64,000 nucleotides of DNA from contig OZ024743.1 in the NCBI GenBank assembly GCA_964016885.1, forward strand, positions 12,958,001-13,022,000, given 5' to 3'. The stretch is from Eledone cirrhosa. Lineage: Eukaryota. A program made the translations under genes and the position numbers. Positions 42,490 through 57,098 of the stretch are shown here, piece after piece (position 1 is the stretch's first letter; each line of letters begins with the position of its first letter). The notes beneath the pieces were generated by a model that was not told where the DNA came from, ran no database searches, and was given only the letters and a program-made list of their open reading frames with translations.

Positions 42490-44934
42490 TATATACACGT
42501 GTGTGTGTCTGTATGCGCGCGCGTGCGCGTATGTGTGTGTGTGTGTGTGTATATAGGTAAAGAGTAAGCGTAAATGGATCTCCATCGATTTCGATGATGA
42601 GCATTTATTCGATCAACTGAATTTTCTGCACATTGAATTCACACGTATCACCCTCTCCTCCACCCCACCCCCAATAACAACATATACCCTGTCTTCATGC
42701 AGAACCAGTATGATGTAATCATTGATAAGCCTGGATCTTTCAATTACAGGTAAAATTTACCTGACAAGGCTCCATAGATTTTCTCTCAACCTGATTTCAC
42801 TGAACGTTGGTTGACTAGAGTCTATGTTAAAAGACATTTCCTTAAGATAACATAGAGTAGAACCAAACACGGGACCTCCTATTTATGAAGTGAATTACTT
42901 AAGCATTCGACCATGCTGCTTCTATATATACACATCCCATGCACATATTCATATATTCAGAGGCGCATACATGTACTTGTAAGACACTTTAAAAATAGAT
43001 TAATCTTTCGAAAGATTGGACATGTGTTTGTCAAGACATGCAGGAATATTATATAGAAAAATAATTAAATTCGGATCGCAGTATGAGTAAGTGTTTGTAC
43101 CTCAACGTAGAGATGTTAAGATACAAGGACGTGGATGCATCTGATGGCAGAAGTGGCATGCAGCTTGCCAAGTCAGACGGATTGATAAACTGGTTACTTG
43201 TACATATATACAGAGATATATATCTTATACGCAAATGAAAATAGAGGTCTGACAAGAGATGATGATATTGACAACACCGATGATGGGGATGATGGTTATA
43301 GCTGAATGCTCAAACAATTTGAGAGTCATCAGTAATATCGTTGGACTAATTATATATACCAAATATGAATATCTAAATAGATGATGACGACGACGACGAT
43401 GGCAACGCTGAAGATGATGAAGAAGATAATTGTTTCTACTTTTGGCACAAGGCGAGCAATTATCCAGTACATTACTGGTACTTTATTTTATCGACCCCGT
43501 AAGGATGAAAAGCAAAGTTGACCTCGGCGGGGTTTGAACTCAGAATGGAAAGGGCCGTAACTCTATGTGTCAAAGCATGGTGTCCGACTCTGTACCGATA
43601 CTGCCAATCCACCGATGACGAAGAAGATAATTGATGGATGGATTCACCAGAAATTGTTTAACATGGTATTTGAACCAAAGATTCCTCAAACATGTCAATG
43701 TGCCGAGCTATCACAGCCTTAGAGAGATGTAACCTGATCTCACCAATACACTCAGTAAAATAGTAAGTTAATCTCGAAATTATGTAGAAGAAATTATGGA
43801 AAATCTTAAATATTCCAACATAGTCAATTTGCTTGAAATAACAACAAATCATTCCCTAAAGTCATAAAAAGGAAGGACAAAAAGCGGGATTCTCACGACT
43901 GGAAGGCTCTGTGTCATAAGTCTTCTTGCTTCAGGCAGATATGGTCTCAAAAAATAAAAAATTAACAACTACTTCAAGCTGTGTGACTCAAGGAGAAATA
44001 TTTACAATTACGATGTGTGTTTATCCAGTGCGCGTTTTTGTGAGTAAAATGACTTCAGTACCGACATCACAAATAGAGCGTCGTTTGGATACGAACTTCT
44101 CATGGCTGTTCGGCAATTTAGAGATTAAGGAAACACCAGCTTATCAATGCCAGTGTATGTTTTCGCTTCTGGCGAAAGAATACACTCTTCCACTTAAAGC
44201 AGAAGAATGTACACTTCCACTTTAAGTAGAAGAATGAACATTTCTGCTGAAGGTGGAAGAAGTGAAATCTGTCATGAACATAACATGAATTCGTCTGTCT
44301 ATTGACCCATTTTTTCTTTGCTCTTTAGACTGAGAGCATTGCTGTATTCTATTGTATGAACTACGAGAACTTCCAATAAAATTATATTGAAGCATATATT
44401 TACTCTAAGCGTTGTTTGTCTATGTGTCTTCTGTATTTGACTAGCATTCTTACTCAAATTGAAATTCCCCCTGTCCCCAATCCAGCTCTCTTATCTTTAC
44501 CCACTTTCTTTCTCTCCTCTTCACTATATCACTTTGTATGTACTATGTACGTTTCCACTTCTCTTTTCCTATATATGTCTATATATATATACATACACAC
44601 ACACACACATACACTCGCGCGCGCACAGACACACACACACACACATATATATATACGTATATCCATATGTGGTGGTCGGCTCAGAGGAAAGAGTACTCAA
44701 TACCGAAGTAGATTTTTAATATTCATTTTAAGACTCACTATTTATCCATAATTGTTTCTACTTTTGGCACAAGGTCAGCAATTATCCCAGTGTATTACTG
44801 GTACTTTATTTTATCGTAAGGATGAAAGGCAAAGTTAACCTCGGTGGGACTTGAACTCAGACCTCAAAGGTCCGTAACTCTTTGCTGCAAAGCATAGCGT
44901 CCAACCCTCTATCGATACTGCCAATCCACCGCCC
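39951..44934 (-). mobile_element. Cluster of tRNA-derived SINEs: 39951-40231, 40251-40428, 41818-42007, 43428-43614, 44749-44934
   Basis: Shared ggcacaaggccagcaatt...tcgaccccgtaaggatgaaaggcaaagttaacctcggc..atttgaactc (B box on the minus strand). Confidence 0.85.
40605..41110. repeat. Compound TAG/CAG microsatellite with about three higher-order copies
   Basis: gttgctgtta.tgtttctgttgatg at about 40751, 40916 and 41054. Confidence 0.85.
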
Positions 44935-45361
44935 TTATTTATCCATAATAAAATGAATATATATATGTATATCAAAAGTATATATTGAGTTAGAAACTCA
45001 GAATAGTCTCTTACAATTAAAATAGCTCAAGAAAAAAAATTTCCGAGCCGTATAATATAATTTAATAGAATAAAGAGAGATAAATACAGATATATACATA
45101 TATGTGTTCAAATCATAAGGGACCTAAATCACCCTAGAGATTCAGATCCCTCATGATTTGAACACATATATGTATATATCTGTGTATATATATCTGTGTA
45201 TATATATGTATATATGTATATATATATATGAAAATTGAAAATTGTGCAAATGATCATAATAAGAGTTGATCGCTATAAATAATAGTTGAGAAAATTTGGT
45301 AAAGACGGAAAAAGTTGACAGAGGCCCCTCACCATACCGAGAACAATTGTTGTGTTACCAC

Positions 45362-45400
<39 letters not shown>

Positions 45401-45406
<6 letters not shown>

Positions 45407-46083
45407 ATGTTGAAAAGGTAACACACCAGAGAGAGATATACAGTGCTTTATCAATGTATTTTAAAGAGCTCGGGATCTCTTCTCCTTTGAGCACATTATT
45501 TACAGGGAATAACGACGGCCTATGCCTCCGTTAATTTATCGTGATATTTCGCTCCTAATAACAGTCTTTCCTATCTCTGTTTGGTTGAACACACTTCTCT
45601 GAGTGGCTTTGGGCTGCCCTTTCTAGCAGTTCGTGCCTCAGAGGCCACTGGTTCACTGCCCTTAAACACGCTGTGACTTCTCTCTCCCACGTGTAGCTGG
45701 ACAGTCAATTTTAAAATTCTCTTAGTGTTGTCTGAAATGTATAGCCTTACACACGCTGATGAACCGAGACTAACCCATTTCTTTCAACAAATTTTTGGTG
45801 AAACATATCTTTGGATTTGTACGTGTATTATATAGTTATAGATGTATTTATTTACGCTTTAATTTATATTTTTAATTCTCGTGTCTATAGTCTGCCTTTC
45901 ATAGGTTATAGATTCCATACACTGGTGGTTTTTCCCCTGTATTATTGATAACGCACTGTATATCTCTCTCTGGTGTGTTACCTCTTCAACATATTGTATT
46001 TTAAAGAGGTCAGGATCTCTTCTCCTTTGAGCACATTATTTACAGGGAATAGCGAGGGCCTATGCCTCCGTTAATTTATCGTG
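45401..46083 (+). mobile_element. Retrozyme-like unit I: 540-nt period, about 89-bp redundancy, 46-bp inverted 5' cap
   Basis: 45455-45543 repeats at 45995-46083; 45401-45446 is the reverse complement of 45953-45998; (TA)n on both sides. Confidence 0.9.
45751..45826 (+). ncRNA. Type I hammerhead ribozyme
   Basis: acacg-CTGATGA-accgaga...ttttggt-GAAA-catatc tttg gatttg-TA-cgtgt. Confidence 0.9.
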
Positions 46084-46084
46084 G

Positions 46085-46115
<31 letters not shown>

Positions 46116-46378
46116 CGCTAAACTCCTCCAGTTGCAGACTGCGCATCAACATGAAATATTTTTCTCCACAAAGTTCGATCACCAGCAGCAGAGTTTAAAG
46201 AGCAAAAATCAAGTCCAGTACATAAGTTGACATTATTTCAAGCCATCATTTTGGCTGCCGGCCTCTGCTTCTCTTACCAGCCAACCTTCCTTTCAAGCAT
46301 AACCTACGGTTTTATTCTTCATTCTTCATTCTACTACCTAATACCATTATACATATTTGTATAAATAAATAAAAAAAG

Positions 46379-46433
<55 letters not shown>

Positions 46434-46434
<1 letters not shown>

Positions 46435-47494
46435 CTACTATATAAATTGGAAGTGGTCGGATATTGTATATTTAAGTAAGTAGATGTAGTCGGATAAACG
46501 TCGAAACGGCTTGGTGGAATGCAGCGAAAATTTACACAGTTATGCAGAATGACCCGAGGAGGCGTTGAGTCGACTTTCAAGCTACAAGCTACCATGGTTA
46601 CGGAGAGAATCGATGAAACAGGAATTTCCCATTCAAATTGAACTGAGAGTAATCTATGAACGCAGAAGTAAATATTTCGAGAAACGTTGCAACCGAAGGA
46701 AAACAGGAAGACGATGTTTTGGTTCGTGAAGACGTTCCCTGGCAATGAACGGAAAAAAAGCGAGGATAATACGTCGTTATGTGGATCGAGAAGAGCAATT
46801 TCATGCAAAGACAAGACCAAGTTTATGGTATAAATGGAGTCGTTAGACTAATATTCTATTTAAAATAACAGAATGATTTCCAGCCCCGCAGTTTAGGAAT
46901 GATGTAAATAAAATTGAAAACGAAAATGACAGAGGTTATTAAAATAGTAAAAGTAAATAGTGAAGATTTAGGCCAGTACATACGTATGCCCCGACGGACA
47001 TATACATACATACGCACACACAAATACATACACACCCAGACACACACACGCACGCCCGCGCGTATGTATAAACCTTATGCATTTCTACAGTATTTTCACC
47101 AAACTTAAGACATAGGTTACTTATGTACTCCGGATGGTCATAGGCACTTTCATTTTTCCAGATATTGATTATAGGGCCTCCTGGCAGATAACCCCCTTTA
47201 ACCACTTCCTTGGAGTCGACTGAAGCACTGCAGTGCAATGCAACAGAACGTCATAACTTCTGGAGTTCGCAACCGATTTTCACAAAACTTGACACATGGG
47301 CTACGTTTGTCCTACAGATGAATGTGAACTCTCAGAATATTTTGGGTAGGGGACCCCTGGGGGCAGGAACTCCCTTTTGGAAAAAGCCGATGATTTTGTA
47401 AAAGTATAGTTTTCGAAGTAGCACTGAAGCATTGACATAAATGGTATACACAATTGCTATTTAATATCCGAGCAACGCCGGGTAACTCTGCTAG
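46434..47494 (+). mobile_element. Non-autonomous Helitron (sister copy of 54819-55893)
   Basis: A|TCTACTA start; ccgagcaacgccggg hairpin; CTAG|T end. Confidence 0.9.
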
Positions 47495-47602
47495 TATATA
47501 TATATATATATATTCAAAAAGTTTCGATGAAAATTATAGGAAAACAGAGTCAAGATAAATTAATAAAAACAAAGAACAAGTTCCTTATATTATAAAATTC
47601 AT

Positions 47603-47728
47603 CATTTTACGATCGTTTCTAGGATGTATGTGTGTTGGTATGTATATCATATAGATCTATGTAAAAATATTACAAATTATCAGAGGAAATATACATACCT
47701 TCACATATACATGCTGTCTTCAGAAATG
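47603..47728 (-). ncRNA. Hammerhead of a solo Naiad pLTR fragment (homologue of 3727-3862)
   Basis: cattt-CTGAAGA-c agcatgtat...atacatcct a-GAAA-CGATCG-TA-aaatg. Confidence 0.85.
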
Positions 47729-47991
47729 TATCTTCTCTTTTCATGATATTTGGATTACATTGAGTTCTTCATACGGATTGGACACTACCCCATATTTTGG
47801 TAGATTTATCTACACACACATATATATATATAGTGGTAGAACACTGGAAGCTAATATCCGTAATGGTAGAGCACTCAGTCCATGGGACGAGTTAGGTATA
47901 TATATATAGTTGTACACATTATAATGTGTAAAAAGATCAACAAACACTGTAAGTAGAATTATATATTCTTCAGTTTTGATAATCGGGTGAT

Positions 47992-48091
<100 letters not shown>

Positions 48092-48312
48092 CGTGAATGT
48101 TCGTTAGTGACGAGCACACATTACAATAAATACAACTTTGTAGACAAATTGTTGTATTGTAGGAAAAAAACTAGTGTGATAGCCGCTATCTCTCCTAACT
48201 ATCTTTTTAACCATCAATCCAACTAAGCGTCTGTTCATGTCTGAGTGTTTTTCTTTATTTCTAAATTTATTCATGCATATATATAGTTAAACCCCTCACA
48301 AACATATACACA

Positions 48313-48370
<58 letters not shown>

Positions 48371-48376
<6 letters not shown>

Positions 48377-48731
48377 TAAACGGAAAAGAAAATGCTGACA
48401 AATTGTTCACAGTGAAAAATAGTTTAATTAGGAATAAGTGAGAATTAGTAATAGTATTGGTTAGTATTCAGTTTTGGTTTTAAGTTTTACCGGTTGCGCA
48501 TTTCTAATGCTTTTCAAAAATAATTAGAGCAAACATCACGGACGCTCTAATTAGAGCAAACATCACGGACGCTCTATCTCAAAATTATTTTTGAAAAGCA
48601 TTAGAAATGCGCAACCGGTAAAACTTAAAACCAAAACTGAATACTAACCAATACTATTACTAATTCTCACTTATTCCTAATTAAACTATTTTTCACTGTG
48701 AACAATTTGTCAGCATTTTCTTTTCTGTTTA

Positions 48732-48737
<6 letters not shown>
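48371..48737. mobile_element. Near-perfect palindrome (about 155-bp arms) with a hammerhead variant UUGAAAA...GCAA and a duplicated 27-bp spacer
   Basis: ttt-TTGAAAA-gcat tagaa atgc-GCAA-ccgg-TA-aaa at 48588-48623; related to family C (ctctatctcaa). Confidence 0.8.
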
Positions 48738-48814
<77 letters not shown>

Positions 48815-48994
48815 GTATATATATATTCATATAATACAATTTGTTATATATACGTAAAATGATAAAAGAAAAATGCTTACATGCAGGCGCATATATTCAT
48901 ATTCAGCGTTCATATTTATATGTATAAACTCTCTCAACAATGCGTCTTCTTTACTTTCCTATTTACTCTCCTGTCTTTTTGTGCCTCTTCATTA

Positions 48995-49032
<38 letters not shown>

Positions 49033-50631
49033 GAAGTTCTATTTAAATTGTTGGGATACAACAAGCAAATATTTTTATAACTGATATAAAGCACTCAACA
49101 AATTGTTGGAGTAAAAATACGATATATTAACAAATGGAAAGTTTCCATTTGTTAATATATCGTATATATATATATATATATATATATCTTTAAGTCGTTT
49201 GTTACCCGGAGATTTACCCACTGCATTGTCGAGGCTTCCAAACGACTTAAAGATATTTACTTATTGTTCCACAATGCTTCAAGCAAACTTCAATACTCTC
49301 TTATATATATATATATGTATATATATATACACAGACACATACCTATGCATATAATTGTTTCGTGTGTCTATCCAAAACATTTGTTCACAGAGACTAAACT
49401 GTTTTTCAGAGGAATCGGCGTTTAATATCTGTGTAGAACTGACATATCTTTTATGAACGTACGTGTATTTAGTATTCATCCCTTATCAATGGTTAATAGA
49501 AAGTACACATGTTCTAGTAGTAGAGTTGTATGCATTATGATAGGAAATTGTGAGCGTTCCTACTGTGTATTTATATATCTATTCATATATTTTAACTCTA
49601 CTTTGTATCGAGTACTGTAATTTTTGTACACACACACACACGCGCGCTATCATATATACATATATACATAATACATACATACATACTGATTCTCGTTTCT
49701 TACGTGATATATATATATATATATCACGTCTCTCCCAAGTGTATTATATGTAGATATGAAATAAAATATTTGCAACTAAAACATTTCCCAAACGACGCTC
49801 ACAATAAAACATATTTTTCTAGTTTATTGATTATGGTTTCTGTTTATAATATTCTCAGCTCAACTTAGATCTGATATCAAAAGATTTCTAGTCGAGGGTA
49901 TTTTTTCGTTCTCTTTTATATTTTTAGTTTTGTTTTAGATCGGAAGTATATCTAGGCTTATGTTATTAAATATTCTTCAGTTTTTTTTTGAAGTGTGTAG
50001 GAGATGCGTTATGAGAGATATTTGACTGTTATTTGTATCACGCGGAGTCTTTCACGTTGACTCTAGCAATATGATAGTGGGATATAAAGGATTCAATTGA
50101 ACTCTCTATATTACTATAGAGTATGATATACACTGCTTAAAGAAAAAAAAAACAATTAAAATAATATAAACCTTTTAAGGTGGGAATTGAAACAAGAACA
50201 TAAAAAGATCAAATAAAATACTACATAGTTATTATGTTCAGATCACAATCATTTCTGCTATCTACAGCGCTATAGGATATACGTGATCACCTAGAAATTA
50301 TGAGGTGCTCTTGCTTTGATTTCTGTTCCAGATGTGGGACTGAATTAAACGTGTCGACACTATATTTCTAATGAAAGAAACTGCCTATGATTTTCAAATT
50401 ATTCTTCAAAATATTAATGAATTTGAGATATTTTGTAAAATAATTAACTTTCTCAATAATAATCTGATTTTTAGAGCATAACTTAACAAAGGTTCTGACA
50501 TAAAATTATGATTAAATCACAGAACCTGGGACAGTTTCAAAAGGATTAACATTAATATCATTTACATGGATATTATACCCAGGATGATATCCATAGGTTC
50601 GTAATGCCCATGTATACACACACACGCACAC

Positions 50632-50702
<71 letters not shown>

Positions 50703-52104
50703 CACACAGACACACACACATATATATATACACAGTGTCATATGCCAAAGAATTATAGATGAACCAACAAACTTTAATCCAATTTCAATACCATTTGGAT
50801 TCGCTTCACTTGTGACATGAACACTTTTCAATAAATCATGATTTTAATTGTTTTTTCCTTTTGCAGTTCGGATATTTATTGTTCGTTGCAAGAAAATATT
50901 ATTAGTGGAAGATGTGAAAGTAATTTCTGTGATTATACAATTCTCAGTGATTATGCTACAAGCCGGAATATGTTTACGTTTGGAATACTTAAATTCAATG
51001 TTTTCCTTTGTGTGTATGTGTGTGTGTGGGGGGGGGGGACTCTGTGTGTGTGTGTGTGTGTCTGTGTGTCTGTGTGTACGTGTGCATTTTCATCTGACTT
51101 TGACAGAACACAATATGCTACAATAGATATAAAAAATATGAACTAAATCAACAGGAAATCTTAGATGAGATACAACACCATCCTATGTCGTAATGATGGT
51201 GGTAGCGAAATTTACGTCCTATCCGCACATCACCATGAAACCGGAGCCAAATAATTGGGCAAACAACATCATGGTGTCTTATGAGGAATTTATATTTCTC
51301 TTTTACATTCAGGTAAATGTATAGTATCACAAAACCCCAGCCGGGAAAGAACTAATAGAATTAAAGATATGAAATTTCGTCGTTGTCGTATATAGAAAAT
51401 CAGAGAATAGAGTACTTGAAACTTCTTAAGTGCAGTAACATCTCATCTGTGATTGACCAATATAAATACGTTGCTCTTTATTCATCAAACTTTCTCATAC
51501 CAAATAAAAATTGACAGTTCTTTAGCTTTTCCATGGATCACTTACAAAGTGAGATGTTTTGTATCTCGAATCGACTTTTATAGCTAACCTTTGGTGCTGT
51601 GTAACCGTTATCTTCACATCTAACTTATCATGCGTAGGTATCTATGTGTATATTTTATAGTAACACGATATATACATGCATACATACACATATCTGGTTA
51701 CACACACAAAAACACACACACAAACACACACACAAACACACACACACACCCACCCACACACAGACATATATATGTATATATATATTTATGTAAATATATA
51801 TAGATATCTCACTATATATATTTGTATATATATACACACACACACTAACACACTCACACGTACACACACATATATATATATACTGGATATATATATATAT
51901 ATACATTCTCCTCATGCACACACACATACATTTATATATAATCTTGAAAATTGTAAATAGAGAAGACACATTTCTAGAGTTAGGTGATCTGAATGGTCGT
52001 GTTGGATGTGATTCTACTACATGGAGCAGCATAGGTTGTCATGAAATGAGAATATATAATAGCAATGTACCAAGAATTCAACCTTGTCATAGGAAACACA
52101 CAAT

Positions 52105-53050
52105 AATATGAACCCTAACATTCAATTCACTATGGATTTTAGCAATGAAAAACACACCTACTTAGATATACTAATAACAAAACAAAACAAAAATCTAGAG
52201 ACTGATATATATTTCAAACCCACTGACTCCCGACAAAATCTCCTTTTATATCTTCTCATTCAACACTCACCCGTACCAATATTCCACCTAACTTAGATAA
52301 ATGAATCTGCACAATAGTTTCGAATACAACAATAATAGACATCAGCCGAGAAGATATGAAATCTACTCACTAAGAGAAAATACCCTCATAATCTAATCAA
52401 TAATAGCATTCAAAAGGCAAGACAAATCAATATCCAAGTACTCCGAGAAACAAAACCAAAAACAGAAAAAAGGTCATATACATTTCAGCTTTTAACTCAA
52501 AAAACAATTCTACACACATACAACTAAACCTACCTATCATACTGAAGGACAAAATATGAAAATTCTCTTACAAAAATCTCCAATTATAAAAAGTAAACGA
52601 CAACCTAAATCACGAAAAAATATACTAACAAATGCAAAACTGAAGTGAAAAGATACAACCGACCTAACTGCGGGATGTGCAGCTATCTTTTAGAAGGCCA
52701 CGAATTCCATTTCAAAGAAGGTCCCATTTTCAAACTTAAAAATGACTTCTCGTGCAACTCAGAAAATGTAATATATATTATAATATGTAAGGGTTGCCAC
52801 ACTATATTGGTTACCACACTATATTGGTTAAAGAGGATTAGCACTCAGACAAAGAATGACCGTTCCCGGCCCACAAATTAAAGATCCATACTCATGATAT
52901 ATCCTTCTTAGTCAACATATAGAGGAATGCGGAGTGTGTTATTTACCACATTTCAATGTGTTTCCATTCTACCAATGTTTCCAGTCAAAATCAGAGGAAA
53001 AACGCATTAACATAGAAAAATTTAGGCCAAAGCTGAACGCTTTGCTTACA
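52105..53050 (+). pseudogene. Penelope-like (Neptune-like) RT thumb, zinc finger and GIY-YIG remnant, preceded by an RTE endonuclease scrap (51960-52100)
   Basis: PNIQFTM, YLDILI, TDIYFKPTDSRQ, RPNCGMCSY, FSCNSENVIYIIICKGC; LGDLNGRVG upstream. Confidence 0.82.
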
Positions 53051-53311
53051 TAACCTTTAATATCTGGTCAGACCAGACTAATGTCCCTTGTAAAGAATTA
53101 TGTTTTTTTTCCTCGACATAAGGGACAAAGATGTAACCAGTTGCGCCCCTTTTTTTCAGAAATACATAAACAACAATAACATTACAAATGGAAAACTAGT
53201 AAATTAAACATGAGAAATGTTTGAAAAAATATTTTAAGCAAAACCACTCAAGTACAAAAGTACAAAAACTATTCTTTTTGATGTAACAATTTTTTTTCAT
53301 GTATATAAAAA

Positions 53312-53344
<33 letters not shown>

Positions 53345-53374
53345 AACACAATAGTTGCTTTATATATATATATG

Positions 53375-53462
<88 letters not shown>

Positions 53463-53517
53463 CGGCGATGAATTAGTTTTGCGAGGTTTTTTATATGAAA
53501 TCGTGTGTCGAAACAGA

Positions 53518-53911
53518 TATTGTTATATTTGGGGAGGGTCATATTTGCGTAATATTGCCAGAATTAATAACAGAACACACTCACTGTTTGGTTGGTTTTC
53601 GCTTCTCGCTGTCTTTTATATATATATATCTGCGATCTAACTTACTCGGTCCTCAATGTTGCCATTGACTGACCGGCGGTCAAAAATAATACAGATACAA
53701 TATAGACAAACACATATATATATAGTTTACATAAATCTTTCGTTGCACATCTGCAACATCGTCAGTGGTGTTATATTCATTGTTCCTCCTGTTGTGTTGT
53801 ATGTCTACGCCATTTTTTTTTTTTTTTGTTCAGTCTGTCTATATATTTATAGTGAGTGTGTTCTGTTATTAATTCTGGCAATATTACGCAAATATGACCC
53901 TCCCCAAATAT

Positions 53912-53918
<7 letters not shown>
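53518..53918. repeat. Inverted repeat with about 68-bp arms, pLTR-like, in (TA)n
   Basis: tattgttatatttggggagggtcatatttgcg...cactcact versus agtgagtgtg...ccccaaatataacaata. Confidence 0.85.
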
Positions 53919-53969
<51 letters not shown>

Positions 53970-54702
53970 TTTGTGAAATGGGTGGTGGTTGAAATTCAGA
54001 TGTGCACGGTTAAATGGTAGTAGACGTGGTCGGACTGACATGAAAATTTACACACCTATGTAAAAAGTGCCAAGGAAGCAAATAGACGAGGTTTCAAATC
54101 TCTAACTTGGAAAATGTGGTGCCTGGGACCCCCAAACTATCGCGTTCGGTGAGTTATTTCCCCCTGTTCTAATACTTTTGTCTCATTTACAATTTCATAC
54201 AAATAAAGCAGTAAATAAAGGATTATGAGTTCATGCAATTGACTTATGTTTCGTCACTATATATATATAATATGAAAACGCTTTAATAAAAAAAAATATC
54301 AACTGTAATGTATGTATGCATGTATTTATGTGTTTATATGAGCGGGGATATGCAAGTAAATCTTACTTTGTGGACAGCTTATCCTTAGCATAATATTCAT
54401 GCTAGAACAGCATATATTTGAAAGTTTTCAGGGAGTTAAATTACTGATTTTGGATCGGCAGCTTTAGCTTTGAAAAAATGAAATGTACAGTGTAAATGTG
54501 CAGTGAATCTTCTCTGCATTTTTCCATCTCTTTCTTTCTCTCTGGAAGAAATCAGCCGTAGTAAGACCTAAAAAAATGGTTAGATACACCATGACGCACA
54601 GTGCATCACGGTGGAGTTGAAAAGCAGACTCAGAACATGGCGTTGTGTGGGGTGGTAGCTCGCAGTCCAATGAAGAAGAAGAAGAAGAAGAAGAAGAAGA
54701 AG

Positions 54703-54734
<32 letters not shown>

Positions 54735-54818
54735 GGTTGTGTCTTAAATTGAAGGTTTAGTAGAAACAATTCATGTATAGTTTTGTACTTTTCTTTTTGT
54801 CATTCATATATAAACAAA

Positions 54819-55893
54819 TCTACTATCTAAATTGGAAGTGGTCGGACGTTGTATATGTAGGTGTAGTCGGATAAACGTCGAAACGGCTTGGTGGAATTCA
54901 GCGAAAATTTACAGTTATGCAGAATCACCCGAGGAGGCGTTGGGTCGACTTTCAAGCTACAATCTTCCATGGTTACGGAGAAAATAGATGAAACAGGAAT
55001 TTCCAATTCAAATTGAACTGAGAGTAATCTGTGAACGCAGAAGTAATTATTTCGAGAAACGTTGCAACCGAAGGAAAACAGGAAGACGATATTTTGGTTC
55101 GTGAAGACGTTCCCTGGCAATGAACGGGAAAAAAGCGAGGATAATGCGTCGTTATGTGGAGCGTGAAGAACAATTTCATGCAAAGACAAGACCAAGTTTA
55201 TGGTATAAATGGAGTCGTTAAACTAATATTCTATTTAAAATAACAGAATGATTTCCAGCCCCGGAGTTTAAGAATGATGTAAATAAAATTGAAAACGAAA
55301 ATGACAGGTTATTAGAATAGTAAAAGTAAATAGTGAAGATTTAGGCCAGTACATACGTATGCCCCGACGGACATACACATACATACGCACACACAAATAC
55401 ATACCCCCCTCCCCCCCACACACACGCACACACACGAACGCACGCGCGTATGTATAAACCTTATGAATTTCTACAGTATTTTCACCAAACTTAAGACATA
55501 GGTTACATATGTACTCCGGATGGTCATGGGCACTGTCATTTTTCCAGATATTGATTATAGGGCTCCCCGGCAGATAACCCCTTTAACCACTTTAACCACT
55601 TCCTTGGAGTCGACTGTAGCACTGCAGTGCAGTGCAATGCAACAAAACGTCATAACTTCTGGAGTTCGCAACCGATTTTCACAAAACTTGACACATGGGC
55701 TACGTTTGTCCTACAGATGAATGTGAACTCTCAGAATATTTTGGGTAGGGGACCTCTCGGGGCAGGAACCCCCTTTTGGAAAAAGCCGATGACTTTGTAA
55801 AAGTATAGTTTTCGAAGCAGTACTGAAGTATTGACATAAATGGCATACACAATTGCTATTTAATATCCGAGCAACGCCGGGTACCTCTGCTAG
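54819..55893 (+). mobile_element. Non-autonomous Helitron
   Basis: Colinear with 46434-47494; TC...hairpin...CTAG. Confidence 0.9.
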
Positions 55894-55924
55894 TATATAT
55901 ATATATATAAACACAATAGTTGCT

Positions 55925-55956
<32 letters not shown>

Positions 55957-56836
55957 CCGGTATTGCCTAGGAATGAAAATGGTCTTTATATATTAGAAGA
56001 AGAAATAAAACATGTAACATAGAAATTAGTTATTTTAAATAACCATTTATTTTTCAATTGAGGTACATGATGAATTCAATTCTACATTCATAATACAAAA
56101 ATAATAAAAAATGAAAGTACAAAATATATATCACTTTTATGAGGGTAGATAAATTCTATCACGTATTTTGAAGGAAATTAAGAACTTCTGGGTAAACAAC
56201 ATTCTTTGATTTCTGGTTTGCTGCATACACTAATAAACTTTGTAAACTAGCAACCTTGGCGTATTCTGTAAGGTGGCAACGCCTGAAGAGTTTGAGGACA
56301 GTAAGAACTTTCTTCTCTTTGAAATCTTTTTAGAATTTAAAATGTCGAATAAATGAGAAATGAATGAAAATTCTATGAATATCTTCACGAGGGAGATATA
56401 AACAATTGACAAAGCTTACTTCATTTAATATGTCATTGTAAATGGAAGGCTAGGACCATTGGAGCTCAGTGTGTTATTGTGCTTATTTTTATCACCTCAC
56501 TTTGATAAACTCCAAATAGCTCAATGTCTTTTTGTGGTAAAGTGCGTTTGCACTGTAGTTAGTGTCACTTCACTTTGCTTAGCTTTCTATGGCGGATGTG
56601 AAACGACATTATAAGAGCTAACAAAAACGACATTATAAGAGCTAACAGCTAGCTGTTATTCAACAGATACTTTGTTCTTACAATATCGTGCTTTTATATC
56701 TTTTAAGAGGATTCTAGATTCTTTTGAAACACAAACGATCATTCCTGAAAAATACGAACTTTCATGATAATTCGCGTACATTTGTTTTGATATTACAAAG
56801 TGTTATTTTTAATGAGTAAGCGAGAGAAATCGAAAG

Positions 56837-56939
<103 letters not shown>

Positions 56940-57098
56940 AGAAAATAGGAAGAAAAAGAGAGTGGAAAATCTTCAAAACGATTATGTCTTGTGGAACAGA
57001 CATACACATACACAGATATTTGCAAATATTATATAGATAATATATGTGTGTGTATATATATTATACACACACATGTAGATAATAACCATGTATGTATA

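Noticed and set aside
50851-50925. Possible small host exon after ttttttccttttgcag; another candidate on the minus strand at 54490-54570
   Set aside because: Splice-like signals only, with no recognisable protein; needs RNA-seq
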